This document shows, piece by piece, positions 29,794-38,289 of a DNA stretch of 64,000 nt. The notes beneath the pieces were generated by a model. The model was not told where the DNA came from. It did not search any database and worked only from the letters and a program-made list of their open reading frames with translations. Position 1 is the stretch's first letter. Every line of letters starts with the position of its first letter. The DNA is taken from sequence record PZ445429.1. One strand, written 5' to 3'. The translations under genes were made by a program, and so were the position numbers. Source of the stretch: a phage.

Positions 29794-29820
29794 ATTCGTA
29801 TTGAAAGTGAGGAGGGCTTT

Positions 29821-30099
29821 ATGCGAATTTACAACTCAAATTCATTAGGATTTAAACCTTTGAGAAAACGCGCACAATCTCCGCGTCAGATCAGAAAGGC
29901 AAATATTGGTGAGCCAGAAACTAGGCTTCCACCACCTCCGGAGCAGCGTCTAGTTTATCTAGATGAAGAATTAGCCGAAAGGGAACGCAAAGCTCAAGAA
30001 GAAATTGAGCGCAAGAAACTGTGTACTGCTCCTGCATATAACAAGGGTGGTTATCAGTACGTTTCCAGTGAGGAACAAGCTAAGATGATCGGCAGATAA
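29821..30099 (+). CDS. hypothetical basic protein
   Basis: 92-aa ORF directly after an N25-type promoter. Confidence 0.5.
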   Translation: MRIYNSNSLGFKPLRKRAQSPRQIRKANIGEPETRLPPPPEQRLVYLDEELAERERKAQEEIERKKLCTAPAYNKGGYQYVSSEEQAKMIGR

Positions 30100-30115
30100 T
30101 TTTTAAAAAATTCAT

Positions 30116-30144
30116 TTGCTAAACGCTTCAAAATTTCGTATAAT
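30116..30144 (+). promoter_or_regulatory. N25-type early promoter
   Basis: AAAAATTCATTTGCTAAA...TATAAT then CATAAATTGATCA. Confidence 0.7.
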
Positions 30145-30182
30145 ATATCTCATAAATTGATCAACAAAAAGGAAAACAAATA

Positions 30183-30698
30183 ATGGCTAAGCAGAAAAAC
30201 GCAAAAACTCAGGCAGCTCCGGCAGTTAAAACTTTCGCTCAGACCGAAGCCAATCGTAAGGCTCGTCTGGAACGTCATCTGCGTAAGCATCCTACTGATG
30301 CTCAGGCTCAGACTGCCCTGAAGTCTGCGGCTCCGGTTCGCCAGAAGCCGAAGGCCAAGAACTCTACTCGCGCAACTGCTAAGCAGGTTGTGTTCATCAA
30401 GGGTGAAGGTCATAAGTCTGTACCGGTAACTCTGAGCTTTAACGGCGGTGCTGAGATGTTCGCCCGCAACGGTATGGCTCTGAAAGACTACGAAAAAGCA
30501 GTCAATCAGAAGCGTAAGCCAATGGCTGACGTAATGCGTGAATCCCGTGGACAGTTTGGCTCCGTTAAACCGAATATTTTCGGTGTAGAGTATAGCCGTG
30601 ACAACGTTCGCGCTCTGTGCTACGGTATCGGTATTAAGTTTACTGGTGCTTCTGATCGTAAATCCGCTAAACCTACTCGTAAGCGTAAAGCGAAGTAA
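30183..30698 (+). CDS. hypothetical highly basic Lys/Ala-rich protein
   Basis: 171 aa; strong promoter and RBS AAAGGAAAAC; E. coli-like codon usage; hairpin downstream. Confidence 0.6.
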   Translation: MAKQKNAKTQAAPAVKTFAQTEANRKARLERHLRKHPTDAQAQTALKSAAPVRQKPKAKNSTRATAKQVVFIKGEGHKSVPVTLSFNGGAEMFARNGMALKDYEKAVNQKRKPMADVMRESRGQFGSVKPNIFGVEYSRDNVRALCYGIGIKFTGASDRKSAKPTRKRKAK

Positions 30699-30705
30699 TG
30701 ATTGA

Positions 30706-30721
30706 TGGGGCGAAAGCCCCA
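30706..30721 (+). other. GC hairpin with GAAA loop (no U-tract)
   Basis: TGGGGC-GAAA-GCCCCA directly after the 30183-30698 stop. Confidence 0.4.
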
Positions 30722-30759
30722 TATACTAACTCTTTCTCTGACTAATTAAGGATATTTTT

Positions 30760-30975
30760 ATGTTCTCTAAGAAACCACGTTCCGTTACTGAAATCGTTGC
30801 TTCCTTTACCACTATTACTGATGAACTTCAAGCTCGTATTGAAGCTGACCAGAAAACTGCTGCTGATATTCAGAAACAGCAGGAAGAACTCGCTCTGAAA
30901 CTGGCTGAAACCAATAAGAGTGAAAAATCTGCTCAAACTATTAAGGAAAATATCCTTAAACTGCTGGGCAAGTAA
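30760..30975 (+). CDS. hypothetical coiled-coil protein
   Basis: 71-aa ORF flanked by two GC hairpins with GAAA loops. Confidence 0.5.
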   Translation: MFSKKPRSVTEIVASFTTITDELQARIEADQKTAADIQKQQEELALKLAETNKSEKSAQTIKENILKLLGK

Positions 30976-30983
30976 TTTAAATC

Positions 30984-31008
30984 AGGGGGCGAAAGCCCCT
31001 CTTATTTG
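30984..31008 (+). terminator. hairpin terminator/attenuator
   Basis: GGGGGC-GAAA-GCCCCT then CTTATTTGG. Confidence 0.5.
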
Positions 31009-31016
31009 GAGAAACT

Positions 31017-31229
31017 ATGCGTAACTTCGTTGCAAAGAATGATTTTAACCGTGCTAGCACTCACAAGTCTGCTAGAGACTACACTCGTCTTTCTAAACAT
31101 GAGCTTCTAGAAGAAATCATGGAAGAAAACTGGGATGTTAGTGAAAATGGAACAGACCTGTTTGAAGAAGAGGAACTTCCTCTGAAAGACCCCAAACAGT
31201 GGGAGTCTATTAAAGAGACAGCTCTTTAA
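31017..31229 (+). CDS. hypothetical acidic protein
   Basis: 70-aa ORF. Confidence 0.5.
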   Translation: MRNFVAKNDFNRASTHKSARDYTRLSKHELLEEIMEENWDVSENGTDLFEEEELPLKDPKQWESIKETAL

Positions 31230-31259
31230 TAGTTTTCTACAACAATAAAGGACATAATT

Positions 31260-31961
31260 ATGAAATTCAAGCCCTTTGGTATGCTGGACATTGAATCTCT
31301 AGGTACTCCAGGAAATTGCGGTACTACTCATATTGCAATGCCTTCTTTCGCTTTTGTAGCGATGCACGGAATTGATAAAGATCCTGATCTGGTATTCGTT
31401 ACTCTAGACGTTCAAGATCAGCTTAATGCGGGTGCTAAGGTAACTGCCTCTACTATTGCATTCTGGATGGATCAAGCTAAAAACAGTCCATCTGCGCTCC
31501 ATATTATGGAGGCTCTAAATGGTCGTAATCCTAAACTGATTGCCTTCCGTGATGGTAAGCATCACTGCACTAATGACGTAGGCTCTAATTATGCTGCCTT
31601 CTCTATGGCTCAGAACATTATGGAATTGTCTCTAGGAGATAATGCTCTGTATTACGGCAATGGCCCAGAGTTTGATATGACAATCTACTCTGCAAATACG
31701 TTCCATGCCGGAACCCATGAAGAAATAGTTCCGTGGAAATTCTGGAACTTAGGTAACGTTCGATCTTTCCGTAATCAGTGGATGCAAGCTGGTTATAGCT
31801 ATAAAGATCTAGAAGCCGAAGGTGCTAGCTGGGCAAAAGCTAAAATGGAAAAGATGGACACCATTCGTTATGGAATCTATCCTGTGAAGCATGATCCAGC
31901 ATTCGATGCTTTAGTTGAAAGTTATTGTGTAGCCGTCATGATCGAAAAAATCAAAATTTGA
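31260..31961 (+). CDS. DEDD-type 3'-5' exonuclease-like protein
   Basis: 233 aa; Exo I-like LDIESLG, Exo III-like YPVKHDPAFDALVESY. Confidence 0.45.
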   Translation: MKFKPFGMLDIESLGTPGNCGTTHIAMPSFAFVAMHGIDKDPDLVFVTLDVQDQLNAGAKVTASTIAFWMDQAKNSPSALHIMEALNGRNPKLIAFRDGKHHCTNDVGSNYAAFSMAQNIMELSLGDNALYYGNGPEFDMTIYSANTFHAGTHEEIVPWKFWNLGNVRSFRNQWMQAGYSYKDLEAEGASWAKAKMEKMDTIRYGIYPVKHDPAFDALVESYCVAVMIEKIKI

Positions 31962-31962
31962 T

Positions 31963-31991
31963 TTGCTTTCAGCTCCAAAATTCTGTATAAT
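31963..31991 (+). promoter_or_regulatory. N25-type early promoter
   Basis: TTGCTT, 17 bp, TATAAT then TTCATAAATTTGAGAG. Confidence 0.7.
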
Positions 31992-32031
31992 ATATTCATA
32001 AATTTGAGAGAACAACAAAAGGAAAACAATT

Positions 32032-32214
32032 ATGCCAGTATCTAAAAACGTCCGTAAAAATGGTAAAGTAGCAAAACGTAACCTGGGTCTGCGTCGTATG
32101 GCTGAACGTCAGTCCGGCATCCAGAAAATCTTTAACGTACTGAATCGCGCCAATCCGAATATTGATAACAGTTCTGATACTGTTCTGCGCACTCTGCTCG
32201 CAATCGGTCTGTAA
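32032..32214 (+). CDS. hypothetical small basic protein
   Basis: 60-aa ORF, promoter plus RBS AAAGGAAAAC. Confidence 0.5.
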   Translation: MPVSKNVRKNGKVAKRNLGLRRMAERQSGIQKIFNVLNRANPNIDNSSDTVLRTLLAIGL

Positions 32215-32268
32215 TAGACCGTTTTTAAAACAAATTCAAATCTCAAACTTCATATAAGGAAGCAAATA

Positions 32269-32907
32269 ATGACTACTCGTATCTCTAAAACTCGTGCTCT
32301 GGCAACTATCAAGTCTCTGGAAGCTAAAATCCGTAAAGCTACTGAACAACAGCTTTTGATTGCTGTTGGTGAAGGTAAAGACAAGAATCAAGTTGTCGTT
32401 GGTGCTGCAATCGAAGTAGATGCTCTGTCTACTCGTATTAAAACTGATTTCCAGTCTCTGCTGGATATGATGACCCAGCGTGATCATCTGAAAGCAGCGC
32501 TGATCAAGAGCAATGCTGAAACTGTTGTAGAGATCGGTTCCCGCTCTATGACTGTTGCGGAAGCAATCGAAGCTAAGCGTTCTATGGAACTCAAAGCTCA
32601 GTTGCTGGCTAACATGCGTAAGCAGTTCCATGCTGCTACTGTTAAGTTTAACACTCAAAAGGCTCAGTTTGATGCCAAGTATGAGCGTTTGCAGGATACC
32701 ATGGCTACCCGTGACAAGAAGACTTCCGAGGATGAAGTTAAGATGCAGCTTAACCTGCTGGAACTCAAGAACACTCCGTTCCTGATCGATCCGCTGGAGC
32801 TGGAAAAGCTGATCAAGCAACACGACGAAGAGTACCAGGACTTTGCAACCAACGTTGACTTTGTTCTGTCTGAGTCCAACGCCTCTACTTTTATCGAAGT
32901 AGAGTAA
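32269..32907 (+). CDS. hypothetical protein
   Basis: 212-aa ORF, E. coli-like codon usage, RBS AAGGAAG. Confidence 0.6.
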   Translation: MTTRISKTRALATIKSLEAKIRKATEQQLLIAVGEGKDKNQVVVGAAIEVDALSTRIKTDFQSLLDMMTQRDHLKAALIKSNAETVVEIGSRSMTVAEAIEAKRSMELKAQLLANMRKQFHAATVKFNTQKAQFDAKYERLQDTMATRDKKTSEDEVKMQLNLLELKNTPFLIDPLELEKLIKQHDEEYQDFATNVDFVLSESNASTFIEVE

Positions 32908-33291
32908 TAATTTAAAAGACTAGTAAATCGGTAGACGAAAGCCCAAGCATCTTACCTCGCAGCAGCGGTTGAAATACGAGGTTAAATAAGACCGCTGACC
33001 ATACTATAAAGTATAATCTATTGGAGATTATGTTTATTACATCAGACATTTAATCTGACACGTAAAAACAAAAGGTCGTTGGTAGTACCAACACAACTTC
33101 AAAGATCAACGCTCAAGTATGAAAGCTGAAAAGTTAAAAGCACTCAAACTTCTAACCTTCTAAAGCTAAAAGATGCAAAGTATTCGTTGATGATTCAAAC
33201 CCTAGATCAAAGGTACATGGCTCATAAGATATGGCCTGTGGCGCCTCTAGGCTGTTTATCGGTTTACTAGTCTCTCAATTTAAAAATGTAT

Positions 33292-33320
33292 TTGCTAATT
33301 AGTTTAGTTTTCTGTATAAT
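33292..33320 (+). promoter_or_regulatory. N25-type early promoter
   Basis: TTGCTA, 17 bp, TATAAT then AAATTGATGAGA. Confidence 0.7.
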
Positions 33321-33350
33321 ATATTTTTAAATTGATGAGACGAGGCTATT

Positions 33351-33668
33351 ATGATTTTTCATATTCTGATTGATGATGTGCGTAACCTTCATGGAATGGA
33401 CATTATCATTCGAACCCCCGAAGCCGCTGTTGAGTTTCTGAATAAAACCGATACCACCGGACATTTCATTTATATGGATAACGATCTGGCTGTAGATGGT
33501 ATGGAAGGTTATCAAATTCTTCGATTACTCCTAGAATTTGGTCAGAGACCCAAGAAAGTGGTACTAGTAACCTCGAACCCAGTAGCTAAAGAGACCATGC
33601 GTAATGATCTCTTAGACGAAGGGTATCAAGAAAGCCCTAATCGTATTGAGTACGATTGGCCGGAGTAA
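33351..33668 (+). CDS. stand-alone CheY-like receiver-domain protein
   Basis: 105 aa; HILIDDV, FIYMDNDLAVDGMEGYQILRLL, VVLVTS mirror receiver-domain motifs. Confidence 0.45.
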   Translation: MIFHILIDDVRNLHGMDIIIRTPEAAVEFLNKTDTTGHFIYMDNDLAVDGMEGYQILRLLLEFGQRPKKVVLVTSNPVAKETMRNDLLDEGYQESPNRIEYDWPE

Positions 33669-33673
33669 ATAAA

Positions 33674-34123
33674 ATGAAGGCAGCTTTGCTTTTAATAGCT
33701 GCCCTAACCTATAGCTTCAATAGTCATGCGACCTACGACTCAAAGCAGATTGATTGCATTGCAAAAAATATCTACTTCGAAGCACGAGGTGAGGGCACTA
33801 AAGGAATGATCGCAGTTGCACAGGTTACTAAAAACCGTGTTAACTCTGGTACTTTTCCTGATTCTTACTGTAAAGTAGTATATCAGTCTAACCAGTTCTC
33901 TTGGGTGGCCAAGAGACCAAAAGTTGATAAAACCGATGAGGCTTGGCAAGTTGCTAAGAATTTAGCTAGAGTGATATACTACGTTGATTTACCACAAGAT
34001 CCAACACATGGAGCGTTATACTTCCATAGTGGTAAAGATAAACCGTACTGGACAAAGAAGTTTAAGAAAACAACGAAGATTCAAGGCCATACGTTCTACA
34101 AGCCTGTGGTTAAGAAAACTTAA
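33674..34123 (+). CDS. SleB-like cell-wall hydrolase with signal peptide
   Basis: ATG 33674; signal peptide MKAALLLIAALTYSFNSHA; hydrolase-like core. Confidence 0.65.
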   Translation: MKAALLLIAALTYSFNSHATYDSKQIDCIAKNIYFEARGEGTKGMIAVAQVTKNRVNSGTFPDSYCKVVYQSNQFSWVAKRPKVDKTDEAWQVAKNLARVIYYVDLPQDPTHGALYFHSGKDKPYWTKKFKKTTKIQGHTFYKPVVKKT

Positions 34124-34131
34124 AAATTCGA

Positions 34132-34160
34132 TTGCTTAAAGCCTTAAATTTCTGTATAAT
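34132..34160 (+). promoter_or_regulatory. N25-type early promoter
   Basis: TTGCTT, 17 bp, TATAAT then CATAAATTAATGAGAGG. Confidence 0.7.
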
Positions 34161-34191
34161 ACTTTCATAAATTAATGAGAGGAAGCGAAAT

Positions 34192-34362
34192 ATGAAATCA
34201 GTTGTAATTATTGGTGTTAATACTCGTGGTATCCGTACTACGAAAACAGTTAAAACTACTAACGTTGCTGAAATTACTACAAACCCTAAGAAGTTTGATT
34301 TCGCCAAAGTCTCAGCAGTTATGACAGAACAATCTTTTAACCAAGCACTGGGAATTAAATAA
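34192..34362 (+). CDS. small hypothetical protein (56 aa)
   Basis: Below track cutoff; N25-type promoter upstream, RBS GAGAGGAAG; stop overlaps next ATG. Confidence 0.4.
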   Translation: MKSVVIIGVNTRGIRTTKTVKTTNVAEITTNPKKFDFAKVSAVMTEQSFNQALGIK

Positions 34363-34805
34363 TGGAAGAGAATATTCTAGATGTTTTGCGTAGGGCTTTG
34401 CAGGAATCTAAGGTTGATGGTTCTGATAAAGAAGTAGCTAAAAGCTACCAGACCATAATCGGAGATCTTCAGCGTGTTGATAAAGACTTCATTACTTCTG
34501 AACAGTTTGTATCTTATCTAAAAGCTCAACTGAAAAGCATTAATCAGACGAAAGCTAAACTTCACGGTCAAGACCTCGATAATTATAGCTTGCAGTCTGC
34601 TCAGTATGAATATATACTGAACAAATGGTTACAGCAGTATTTGCCTCCTCAGCTATCTGATTCTGAGATTCGCAAATACTTTGCAGAATTAGTTAAGTTG
34701 AACCCTGGGATTACAAAAGGTATGCTGATGAAAGCGATTAAGGAAGAGTTTCCTGGTCGTTACGACGGTGGCATTGCTGCTCAGGTTGCTGGCGAATTTA
34801 ATTAA
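34362..34805 (+). CDS. GatB/YqeY-domain protein
   Basis: 147 aa with YqeY-like composition. Confidence 0.6.
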   Translation: MEENILDVLRRALQESKVDGSDKEVAKSYQTIIGDLQRVDKDFITSEQFVSYLKAQLKSINQTKAKLHGQDLDNYSLQSAQYEYILNKWLQQYLPPQLSDSEIRKYFAELVKLNPGITKGMLMKAIKEEFPGRYDGGIAAQVAGEFN

Positions 34806-34813
34806 AAATTGAT

Positions 34814-34842
34814 TTGCTAAACGCCTCAAAATTCTGTATAAT
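34814..34842 (+). promoter_or_regulatory. N25-type promoter abutting the HNH start codon
   Basis: TTGCTA, 17 bp, TATAAT; ATG 6 nt downstream. Confidence 0.6.
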
Positions 34843-34848
34843 AGATTC

Positions 34849-35331
34849 ATGAAAAGGAAAGAATACCCTACTAAAGAAATACTTGAAAAATATTTTGTAG
34901 CTGATCCTGATAATGGGATACTATATAGGAAAACAAAGAAAGGTTTGAAAGAGTGTTGTGCCAATAATAAGAAATCACATCCAGATGTGGGATTTCAGGG
35001 CGACACCTATCAACTGCATGTCTTATTATTTATTATGTACTATGGATATAGGCCTGAAGAAGTAGATCATAAGGATACTAATCCTAGAAATAATAGGAAA
35101 AATAATCTAAGGGACGCCTCTAGATCGCAAAATAATGCGAATAGAAACCAACAATGCAATAATACTTCTGGGTACAAAGGAGTAAGTTGGGAAGGCTCTT
35201 CCTGGAGATACCAAGTAAGACATGAAGGAAAAAATTACAGTAAAAGAGGGTTTAAAACTGCGGAAGAGGCTTTCGAGGCCTCTAAGATATTAAGAGAATC
35301 CTTACATAAAGAATTTACTAACTTTGGTTAG
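34849..35331 (+). CDS. HNH homing endonuclease
   Basis: 160 aa; HNH core VDHKDTNPRNNRKNNLRDASRSQNNANR; paralog of 24914-25432; ATG 6 nt after promoter -10. Confidence 0.7.
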   Translation: MKRKEYPTKEILEKYFVADPDNGILYRKTKKGLKECCANNKKSHPDVGFQGDTYQLHVLLFIMYYGYRPEEVDHKDTNPRNNRKNNLRDASRSQNNANRNQQCNNTSGYKGVSWEGSSWRYQVRHEGKNYSKRGFKTAEEAFEASKILRESLHKEFTNFG

Positions 35332-35959
35332 TAATAGTGGGGTGCCGAAACCACTTATGTAACAACACTGCCGTCCTAGTATAATAGGTATTATTAGGGC
35401 TTCACCGCCTGAAGATGTGGGTTCGAGTCCCACGGTCGGAAAGAGTTGGATAACTGGTGCTTCTAATGGCGAAGCAATCGCAGGCAGTTGCGCACTGCCA
35501 AAACCACGCGGTAGTTGGTTCCAGGCTAACCAACCACTCTTGAAAAGTATATACTATGGTTTTGCTTGTTCAAGAAGCTTCGCATCGAAAATCGGAGGTG
35601 CGATTTTATCCGACCGCGTGGAGGACGTCTCTCCGTTAAGTGACGAAAAGTGGGACGATTCAGGTAGAGCTGGATATGGAACACCTATACATATGCGGAG
35701 TGCGCACAAAGCATATTGCGGTGGTACTAAACGAAATTAGGAGTCATGACCTGCACAAGTTTAGTATGTCATAACCGATGTACATTCAGTACAAAAACCA
35801 CTGAAGCTAAGATAGATAGTCACCTTGACTTAAACTGGAAGATATTGTCTGACGGAAGGGCTGCAGAGCTTAATCTGAGGGGGCTGACCCTACCTACCGT
35901 CGGGTATCTTTAAGAGCTTTTATAAGAGTTCTTAAAAATACCTAACAAAAGGAATCAAT
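35332..35959 (+). ncRNA. ORF-poor GC-rich structured region downstream of an HNH gene
   Basis: ~630 nt; perfect T-arm-like hairpin GTGGG-TTCGAGT-CCCAC at 35417-35433 without matching acceptor; only a doubtful GTG-start ORF. Confidence 0.3.
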
Positions 35960-36469
35960 ATGAATCTAGGAACAACTTGTATCTTTGATCATCAAGAAAT
36001 GTGTTGCCCTCGTATTCTGCATATAGCACACTTCTCCGAACGATTGACGCTTGATCAAGCTCGTGAGAAAATGAGTGAGATTACAGGATACAATCTTCGA
36101 GAAGGTGAATACTTTAGCGTAGCTTTGGATTATATCGACAATACTCGTCTTTATCACTTAGTTCAGCTTGGTGAAGAAACTGAGGAAGTAAAAATGGCGA
36201 AAGATACATTACGTCGTTATCGCCCTCAGATTCTAGAGCGTACACTTCGTGGAGAGCCTAGTGATTACTTCTATATGCGTTGCTATGACGCAGATGCTAC
36301 TCAATATGTTAATCTAAATCGCTTCTATCATGATGTGAATGATTTTCTGGACAAGAAATATGATGAATTAATCATAGCATCCAAAGCACAACGTGCCGCT
36401 AGAAATGCTGAAAAGGCTGCTAAAGAAGCTGTAGAAAGCCAAACTAAATTGAACGAAATCATTAAGTAA
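35960..36469 (+). CDS. hypothetical protein
   Basis: 169-aa ORF with RBS AAAAGGAATC. Confidence 0.5.
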   Translation: MNLGTTCIFDHQEMCCPRILHIAHFSERLTLDQAREKMSEITGYNLREGEYFSVALDYIDNTRLYHLVQLGEETEEVKMAKDTLRRYRPQILERTLRGEPSDYFYMRCYDADATQYVNLNRFYHDVNDFLDKKYDELIIASKAQRAARNAEKAAKEAVESQTKLNEIIK

Positions 36470-36477
36470 TCAACTTT

Positions 36478-36552
36478 CGGGGTGTAGTCTAAAGGAGAGG
36501 CAGGAGTCTTCTAAATTCCTTTATGCAGGTTCGAATCCTGTCACCTCGGCCA
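36478..36552 (+). tRNA. tRNA-Arg (anticodon TCT)
   Basis: Hand-folded cloverleaf: acceptor CGGGGTG/CACCTCG, T-loop TTCGAAT, anticodon loop CTTCTAA, CCA encoded. Confidence 0.7.
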
Positions 36553-36585
36553 ATTTTATTAACTGTAATTAAACAAAGGAAATAT

Positions 36586-37530
36586 ATGTTTACTAAAAAC
36601 ACTAAAGAACTGACTTCTGAGCAAAAAGTAATTCGCACTATCAAACGTTGGGGTGTTGGTGCTGTATTTGGTCTTGGCGCTATTATTCTGGCTCTCAATT
36701 CCTACACAGTTGTTCAGGATGGTACTGTTAAGACTCAAACCTTCCTGGGTAAAGTTAGCCCGAACCCTGTACTGCCCGGCTTCCATATTGTTAACCCATT
36801 TGCTTCTTTTGATACTTTTAGTACGAAAGATATTTCTATGAAACTGGATAAACTTCAGGTTCCTAGCCAGGATAAGTTTAAGTCTACTGTTGACATTACC
36901 GTTATGTTGCAGTTTGATGGTGCTAAAGCTCCTATGAACCGTGTTAACGCAGGTACTCAGGATCAGGCTCTGAACAAGTACGTTGAAGAGAAGATGCTAT
37001 CTACGATTCGTGAGTTTGGTAAGTCTGTACCAAAAGCACAAGATCTGTTCGACGCTAAGATTCAGGCTCAACTGCAAACTGCTATTCAGCAAGAAGTAGA
37101 AGAGTATGCGCGTCCTTATGGTTACACCGTTAAGCAAGTATTCCTTCAGGATATTACTCTGCCACCGGTAATCATGGAACAGGTACAGAACACCAAAGTT
37201 CGTGAAGAACAAGTTAACGCTGCAAAAGCTGAACTGGCTCGTGTTGAACAAGAAGCACAGCAGAAAGTTAAGCAAGCTGAGGCAGATCGTTCCGCTCGTG
37301 AAAACATGGCAGTAGCTAACGAACGTGACGCAGATGCTAAACTGTACGCAGCTAAGAAAGAAGCTGAAGCTAACGCCGCTCTGCAACGTACCATTACTCC
37401 TGAAATGATTCGTTGGAAGCAGCTGGAAGTTGAAATGCTTCGTGCTGAAAAATACCAAGGTGGTGTACCGCAGACTGTTGTTGGTACTGGCTATGATGGT
37501 CAAATGATCATGGATATGCGTAACAAGTAA
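36586..37530 (+). CDS. SPFH/band-7 domain membrane protein
   Basis: ATG 36586; N-terminal TM WGVGAVFGLGAIILAL, SPFH core, Ala/Glu/Gln-rich coiled-coil tail; two terminator hairpins follow. Confidence 0.75.
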   Translation: MFTKNTKELTSEQKVIRTIKRWGVGAVFGLGAIILALNSYTVVQDGTVKTQTFLGKVSPNPVLPGFHIVNPFASFDTFSTKDISMKLDKLQVPSQDKFKSTVDITVMLQFDGAKAPMNRVNAGTQDQALNKYVEEKMLSTIREFGKSVPKAQDLFDAKIQAQLQTAIQQEVEEYARPYGYTVKQVFLQDITLPPVIMEQVQNTKVREEQVNAAKAELARVEQEAQQKVKQAEADRSARENMAVANERDADAKLYAAKKEAEANAALQRTITPEMIRWKQLEVEMLRAEKYQGGVPQTVVGTGYDGQMIMDMRNK

Positions 37531-37555
37531 TAGTTACACGTAATCTTCGAACCAA

Positions 37556-37590
37556 GCCCGCGTTTCCTCCGAGAGCGCGGGCTTTTCTGT
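37556..37590 (+). terminator. rho-independent terminator after SPFH gene
   Basis: GCCCGCG...CGCGGGC plus TTTTCTGT. Confidence 0.75.
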
Positions 37591-37600
37591 ATTTAAGACA

Positions 37601-37640
37601 AAAGAAAAGCCCCTTACCTTTCGGCAGGGGCTTTGTTTTT
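37601..37640. terminator. bidirectional terminator at a convergent gene junction
   Basis: AGCCCCT...AGGGGCT hairpin with T-runs on both strands. Confidence 0.65.
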
Positions 37641-37847
37641 GGTTTAGAACCATATACTCTTGTTACAGCAACCACCCATACGGGAGACCAATCTTGACTG
37701 AAAATCTACTCTAGGGGGCAGGATAAGAGTAGGCTTAAAGGCAAACGGATTGAACACCGGTATTTGCGTAAACATTGCTGGAGAGCAACAACGTGCTACA
37801 GGCATTGGGCAGCATGACGTAGGTTTTCTACAACACATATAAACTCC

Positions 37848-38267
37848 TTAGGATTTCTCCCCATTTTGCGCTTTTGCAACTTGACTTTGACAGAAACTGT
37901 TAAACTTACCCATAAGTGATACAAGTTGCTTTCCATCCTCTGTTTTAGCGAAGTCTTCGAAAAGGGCTAGAACAGCCTGTCCTTCCGCAGATACCTGCGG
38001 TTGTTGGGTTTGTTGAGTCATCTGCTGCTGTGGTTGCATTTGCTGAGGCATCATCTGCTGAGGCATCATTTGTTGCATTTGCATTTGCGGCTGCATTTGC
38101 ATCTGGTTGATGTTTCCCTGCGGGTTTTGCAGGGAATTTTGCATTTGCTGTGCTTCTGCCAATCTCTGTTGCAACTGTTGTAAGTAGGGGTTATCAAGCC
38201 CCGGAACGGGCTGCTGGGAGCCCATACTTTGATTAAATCCGTTGTTCACAAAACCATATTTACTCAT
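37848..38267 (-). CDS. Gln/Met-rich low-complexity protein
   Basis: 139 aa, QMQMQPQMQMQQMMPQQ repeats; opposite strand to flanking genes; terminator downstream. Confidence 0.5.
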   Translation of the reverse strand: MSKYGFVNNGFNQSMGSQQPVPGLDNPYLQQLQQRLAEAQQMQNSLQNPQGNINQMQMQPQMQMQQMMPQQMMPQQMQPQQQMTQQTQQPQVSAEGQAVLALFEDFAKTEDGKQLVSLMGKFNSFCQSQVAKAQNGEKS

Positions 38268-38289
38268 GATGGGCTCCTCCCCTTAATTA

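Noticed and set aside
30150-30722. 190-aa minus-strand ORF
   Set aside because: It is fully antisense to the well-supported plus-strand gene 30183-30698 (promoter, RBS, host-like codon usage); the mirrored reading frame is probably an artefact of biased composition.
35417-35740. 107-aa GTG-initiated ORF in the GC-rich region after the HNH gene
   Set aside because: No RBS, alternative start only, composition typical of structured RNA, and it begins inside a T-arm-like hairpin; treated as noncoding.
36997-37503. 168-aa and 82-aa minus-strand ORFs inside the SPFH gene
   Set aside because: Both lie entirely antisense within a strongly supported coding sequence and have low-complexity translations.
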